Positions 60,011 to 64,000 of a stretch of DNA of 64,000 nucleotides are shown here, one piece after another; positions within the stretch are counted from its first letter, which is position 1, and each line of letters begins with the position of its first letter. Position numbers and translations under genes: made by a program. The notes under the pieces are model-generated. The model was given only the letters and a program-made list of their open reading frames with translations. It was not told where the DNA came from and made no database searches. Source of the stretch: Spirochaetia bacterium (GTDB lineage: Bacteria > Spirochaetota > Spirochaetia > SZUA-6 > Bin103); the NCBI GenBank assembly GCA_965243545.1, contig OZ251573.1, forward strand, positions 2,539 through 66,538, given 5' to 3'.

Positions 60011-61092
60011 CGGGGGAGCGCCACCCGCCGTTCGTCGACGTCAGAGACCGCGGTGCAGCCGCACGTCGCCATGGCCGTGTCGAACTCGGAGAGCAGTATC
60101 CGGAACATGGTGCGCACGCCGGCCTCGCCGTCGACCGCCAGCCCCCAGAAGACCGGCCGGCCCACCATCACCGCGCGGGCGCCGAGCGCCAGCGCCTTGA
60201 GCACGTCGGTACCGTGCCGCACGCCGGAGTCGAGGTAGACTTCGGCGCGGTGGCCGACCGCCGCGGCCACCTCCGGCAGCACCTCGATCGACGCCTGCAT
60301 GCCGTCGAAGGTGCGACCGCCGTGGTTGGAGACGACCACCGCGTCGGCGCCGTGATCGACGGCGCGCGCCGCATCTTCGGCGGTCATCACCTCCTTGACG
60401 ATCAGCGGCAGGCCGGTGAGCCCCTTGAGCCACTCCAACCGCTTGCCGGTCAGGGGCGGATAGGAGACGTCCTCCAGGTTCTCCACCACGTCGTGCAGGT
60501 CGGGCCGATCGCTCAGGTCCGCCCACTTATCCACGTAGCTGCGGATCGGCGCGGCGTGGCTGGGAGACAGACCGCGCACCGGCGGGCGCCGGGCGGCGCC
60601 CATGCCGGGGCCGGCGATGGTGATGCAGACCGCCTGCACGCCGGCCTCCATGGCGCGCTCCAGCAGATACTCGGTGACCCGGTCGGGGTAGTGCTTGATG
60701 CCGTACCAGAGCGGGCCGGTGGTCGCCGCGCGCACCTCAGCGACCGTCTTGCCGGCGCCGGCCCGCACCGACATCACCGTCCCGCAGGCGCCGGCGGCGC
60801 GCGCGGTCGCCACGTCGCCGTCCGGGTGGGCCCACACCTGCGTGCCGGCCGGCGGCACCATCACCGGAAAGGAGATGCGGTGACCGAGCACCGTGGTCGA
60901 CAGGTCGCGCGTGGTGACGTCGGTCAGGAACCGGGGGCGGACGGCGATGGCGTCGAACGCCTCCCGGTTGCGGCGCATGGTGAGCTCGCCGCCCACGCCG
61001 CCGGCGACGATGTCCCAGTAGTCGGCCGCCAGCCGTTCCCGGGCCATCCGCTCCAGATCGAACAGCGTGAGCGGATGGTAGAAGCGTTTCAC
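60007..61092 (-). CDS. FMN-dependent alpha-hydroxy acid oxidase family protein
   Basis: RPRFL, VSNHGGR, DSGVRHGTDVLKALALGA, GRP. Confidence 0.9.
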   Translation of the reverse strand: MKRFYHPLTLFDLERMARERLAADYWDIVAGGVGGELTMRRNREAFDAIAVRPRFLTDVTTRDLSTTVLGHRISFPVMVPPAGTQVWAHPDGDVATARAAGACGTVMSVRAGAGKTVAEVRAATTGPLWYGIKHYPDRVTEYLLERAMEAGVQAVCITIAGPGMGAARRPPVRGLSPSHAAPIRSYVDKWADLSDRPDLHDVVENLEDVSYPPLTGKRLEWLKGLTGLPLIVKEVMTAEDAARAVDHGADAVVVSNHGGRTFDGMQASIEVLPEVAAAVGHRAEVYLDSGVRHGTDVLKALALGARAVMVGRPVFWGLAVDGEAGVRTMFRILLSEFDTAMATCGCTAVSDVDERRVALPR

Positions 61093-61102
61093 GGCGGCGC
61101 GG

Positions 61103-62245
61103 TCACTCCGGCGGCTCCGGCGCGGCGCCGCGGCCCGTCATCGCGGCGGAGCGCGGTACGATCTGCCGGGCGCCGGTGTCGGAGGCGCGCTGCAGCGCGT
61201 CGATCAGCCGGTGCAGGTCGAGCGCCAGCTCGAAGTCCGGCTCCACCGGCCCGCCGTTGCGGATCGCCTCCGCGAAGTGGCTCCAGACCTGGGCGACGAA
61301 GAACGGCCGGTCGCGTTGGCGGGAGTGGAGGACTCGGGTGAGCCGGGCCGGGATCGGCAGCTCGGTCAGTGCGGCGTCGCCGGGGCCGCCGGCCATGAGC
61401 CGCAAGTCGCCGAAGCGTTCGGCGGCGCGGATGGCGGCGGTCTTTTCCCGGCCGTAGATCTCGAACCGGTAGCCGCTGCCGTGCCACGGCACGCTGTGCT
61501 CGTAGGCCAGCACGGCCGCGCCGGCCTCGGTGCTGCCGTGCATGAACACCGTGTCGGGCGCGGTGGCGTTGATCAGCGCGCCGGTGTCCTGCTCCAGCCA
61601 GTGCGGGACCTGCGTGCGCCACGTCCCCGACACTTCGCGGAGCGGGCCGAAGCAGTGGTAGACCGGCTCCAGCAGGTGGCCGAAGCCGATGGTACCGTTG
61701 TGGGCGCCGTTGCGCGCGTCGGCCCGCCAGCTCGCCGGCGACGCCTTGTCGAGCAGGCCGCCGCCGCAGGAGCCGATGCGGATGGCCAGCACTTCGCCGA
61801 AGTACCCCTGATCGGCCAGCTCCTTGAGCCGCCGGTAGATCGGAGTATGGCGCTCCTGCAGGCCGACGATCGCCGCGCCGGGGGCGGCGCGCGCGGCGGC
61901 CGCCATCCGCTCCGCCTGGTCACGGTTCGCGCCGAGCGGCCACTCGGTGTAGACGTGCTTGCCGGCGGCGAGCGCCGCCATGGTCGGCGCGTAGTGGCGC
62001 GGCGCGCGCACCGACACCACCACGACATCGACCTCATCACAGGCGATCAGTTCGCGGAAGTCGGCGAAGTGGTAGCGGGCGCCGTAGACGCGCGCCGACT
62101 CGCGCGCGGTCTCCGCGCGGGTCGTGCAGACGGCGGTCAGCTCCAGATCGTCCGGCAACGCCAGAATCGCCGGCAGGTGGCCGCGCTTGGCCCAACTCTG
62201 CGCCGGGTTGGCGCCGATCACGCCGACGCGCAACCGCCCCGCCAT
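61103..62245 (-). CDS. Gfo/Idh/MocA oxidoreductase
   Basis: RVGVIGA, AGKHVYTEWP, GLQER, FGH. Confidence 0.9.
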   Translation of the reverse strand: MAGRLRVGVIGANPAQSWAKRGHLPAILALPDDLELTAVCTTRAETARESARVYGARYHFADFRELIACDEVDVVVVSVRAPRHYAPTMAALAAGKHVYTEWPLGANRDQAERMAAAARAAPGAAIVGLQERHTPIYRRLKELADQGYFGEVLAIRIGSCGGGLLDKASPASWRADARNGAHNGTIGFGHLLEPVYHCFGPLREVSGTWRTQVPHWLEQDTGALINATAPDTVFMHGSTEAGAAVLAYEHSVPWHGSGYRFEIYGREKTAAIRAAERFGDLRLMAGGPGDAALTELPIPARLTRVLHSRQRDRPFFVAQVWSHFAEAIRNGGPVEPDFELALDLHRLIDALQRASDTGARQIVPRSAAMTGRGAAPEPPE

Positions 62246-62892
62246 CAGCCGGTCCCCTCCTTCAGCGTCAGGCGGTGCAGCGTCTTGGCGCGCTCGTCGC
62301 CGAACCACAGGTCATCCCCGGCCCAGGTGAGCCCGTGCGGTTCGGCGCCGCCGGGCGCCGGCGCGGCGGCCAGCACCGCGCCCGAGTCCGGGTCGATCCG
62401 GTGGATCGTGCGGCCGTCGGTGTCGGCGCTCCACAGCGCGCCGGCCGACCACTCAAGGCCGTGCGGGCGCTCGCCGGGCGAAGGGAAGCCGCCGGTGACG
62501 CGGCCGGCGGCCGGATCGACCCGATAGAAGCGGCGGGTGGCCGGGCAGCTCGTCCACAGGTGGGCGCCGTCCCAGGTGACGCCGTGGCACTTGGGCGCCG
62601 GCGCCGGAATCGACCGCCGCACCGCGCCGTCCGCCGGGTCGAGCGCGTACAGTTTCCGGTGGTAGGGGACCGACACCCAGAGCGAGCACCCGTCCCACGC
62701 CAAGCCGGCCGGGATGCTGTCGACCGGCCGGAAGGAACGCTCGGACCGGCCGGTGGCCGGGTCGACGCGCTCGATGACGAAGCTGTCGCAGTCACAGCTC
62801 CACAGGCGCCGGCCGTCCCAGGCCAGACCGTTGGGGCCGCCCTCGCCGCCGACCGGCAGGGTGCGGGTGATCGCGGCGCGGAGCTGCACCAC
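62245..62892 (-). CDS. Beta-propeller protein (Vgb lyase/glutaminyl cyclase-like)
   Basis: Five P(N/H)GL(A/T)WDG..LW..DP repeats. Confidence 0.78.
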   Translation of the reverse strand: MVQLRAAITRTLPVGGEGGPNGLAWDGRRLWSCDCDSFVIERVDPATGRSERSFRPVDSIPAGLAWDGCSLWVSVPYHRKLYALDPADGAVRRSIPAPAPKCHGVTWDGAHLWTSCPATRRFYRVDPAAGRVTGGFPSPGERPHGLEWSAGALWSADTDGRTIHRIDPDSGAVLAAAPAPGGAEPHGLTWAGDDLWFGDERAKTLHRLTLKEGTG

Positions 62893-62900
62893 GACCGGAT

Positions 62901-64000
62901 TCAGCCGCGCGCGCGCTGCAGCAGCACGCTGCGGAGCTGGCCGGCGACGATCCGTTCCTCCCCCTCCGACAGCACGTGCGGTCCCACGAACAGGGTGCGG
63001 TCTCCTTCCGAGCCGATCAGGATGCGCGGCGACCCCTGGTCCAGGTCGTCCACGATCTGGTCGGCGGTGGCCGGGAACTCCCGGCCCAGGGTGATGAACA
63101 GCCGCACCAGCTGGTAGTTGTCGTACGGGACCGGCTCCGCGCGGACGTGCGGGATGCCGGCCAGCTGCTCCCGGATCACGTCCATGCGGCGGTGATATTC
63201 GGCCAGGCGCGCCTGATGGTCGGTGTTGAACCAGACGTCGAGGGCGACCGCCAGGGCGACCACCTGCTGGCGGTCCAGCTTCATGCCGCGCCCGAAGGCG
63301 TAGCCGCCGCCGGTGGGAATGTCGTCGTTGTCGATGCTGCCGCAGAAGTCGATCTTGCGGAGCGGATCGAGCCACTGGCTGCGGCCGGCCACCAGTCCGG
63401 TCGAATGCGAGCTACCGAAGTACTTGCCGCCAAAGCAGACCAGGTCGGCCGCCTGCGCGATCTGGCGGAAGTGCTCCAGCGGGTAGATCTGCGCGGCCGC
63501 GTCGACGATCACGGGAATGCCGCGGCGCCGGCCGACGGCTGCCACGTCCTCCAGCGGCAGGTCGCCGGTGCGCGGCGGAAACAGGTAGCCGGACGGATGC
63601 GAGTAGGGGTGGGCGATGGCGACGGTGTCCTGGTCGATGGCCGCCTCCAGCTCCTCGGCGGTGCAGCCGTCGTCGCGGCCGACCGGCGCCAGCCGCGCGC
63701 CGGCGAAGGTAAAGCACGGCTGCACCCAGTAGCGGTGCTGGCGCTGGATCAGTATCCGGTCCCTGCGGCCGGTCGTGTTCGGCAGCCGCGCCATCTTGGC
63801 CTCGTCGTCGCCGGTCATGGCGATCGCGGAGCTCATGATGATGGCGGCCGCGCAACCGGAGGTGGGGTGCGCGGCCTCGCAGCCGAGCAGGCCGGCCATG
63901 TAGTCGCCGGTCTTCCGCATCAGATCGGCCATGTCGGCCCAGCCGCGGCCGGCCTCGTCCATCGCCGCCCGCACCACCGCCGACGGCGCCGAGCCGCCGA
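62901..64000 (-). CDS. SelA/DgaE-like PLP-dependent enzyme, 5' end outside window
   Basis: TSGCAAA, IVDAAA, FGGK, STG, GRGMKL. Confidence 0.85.
   Translation of the reverse strand, partial: GGSAPSAVVRAAMDEAGRGWADMADLMRKTGDYMAGLLGCEAAHPTSGCAAAIIMSSAIAMTGDDEAKMARLPNTTGRRDRILIQRQHRYWVQPCFTFAGARLAPVGRDDGCTAEELEAAIDQDTVAIAHPYSHPSGYLFPPRTGDLPLEDVAAVGRRRGIPVIVDAAAQIYPLEHFRQIAQAADLVCFGGKYFGSSHSTGLVAGRSQWLDPLRKIDFCGSIDNDDIPTGGGYAFGRGMKLDRQQVVALAVALDVWFNTDHQARLAEYHRRMDVIREQLAGIPHVRAEPVPYDNYQLVRLFITLGREFPATADQIVDDLDQGSPRILIGSEGDRTLFVGPHVLSEGEERIVAGQLRSVLLQRARG

Noticed and set aside
62901-64000. selA / selenocysteine machinery
   Set aside because: Short DgaE-like homologue in a catabolic context; no selB, selC or in-frame TGA selenoprotein seen.

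Overview
Very GC-rich (about 70%+) bacterial chromosomal window; the 'AFAEGEVEG' solute-binding-protein signal peptide, the GltS/Wzz/SLBB types and the short coiled-coil ORFs suggest a Spirochaetota-like, possibly host-associated organism (inference). Most of it is housekeeping or catabolic: valS, coaD, sucCD, gap, a stand-alone AICAR transformylase, ABC/MFS/MMPL transporters, two glycosyltransferases with AKR/GMC/XDH oxidoreductases, a truncated polysaccharide export locus, a CotH-LTD protein, a sugar ABC-ROK-aldolase operon, GGT and a SelA-like catabolic operon. Lower-GC accessory islets are interspersed. They include an RHH plus 2-TM gene pair, a PEGA lipoprotein with an in-frame C22 tract, an orphan hicB and a 4-kb mosaic of IS fragments carrying an orphan Rpn C-terminal gene. 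A C-protein/MamI-family R-M system has an apparently intact endonuclease but its methyltransferase is split by a 1-nt frameshift. Non-coding signals include a candidate ~70-nt sRNA with an anti-Shine-Dalgarno loop, many apparently leaderless promoters, a probable CTG start codon, a G10 tract in a polysaccharide-locus methyltransferase, and a 147-bp direct repeat that marks a circularly permuted AKR/GMC operon. No rRNA, tRNA or CRISPR array was seen. All family calls are from motif recognition by eye, not database searches.
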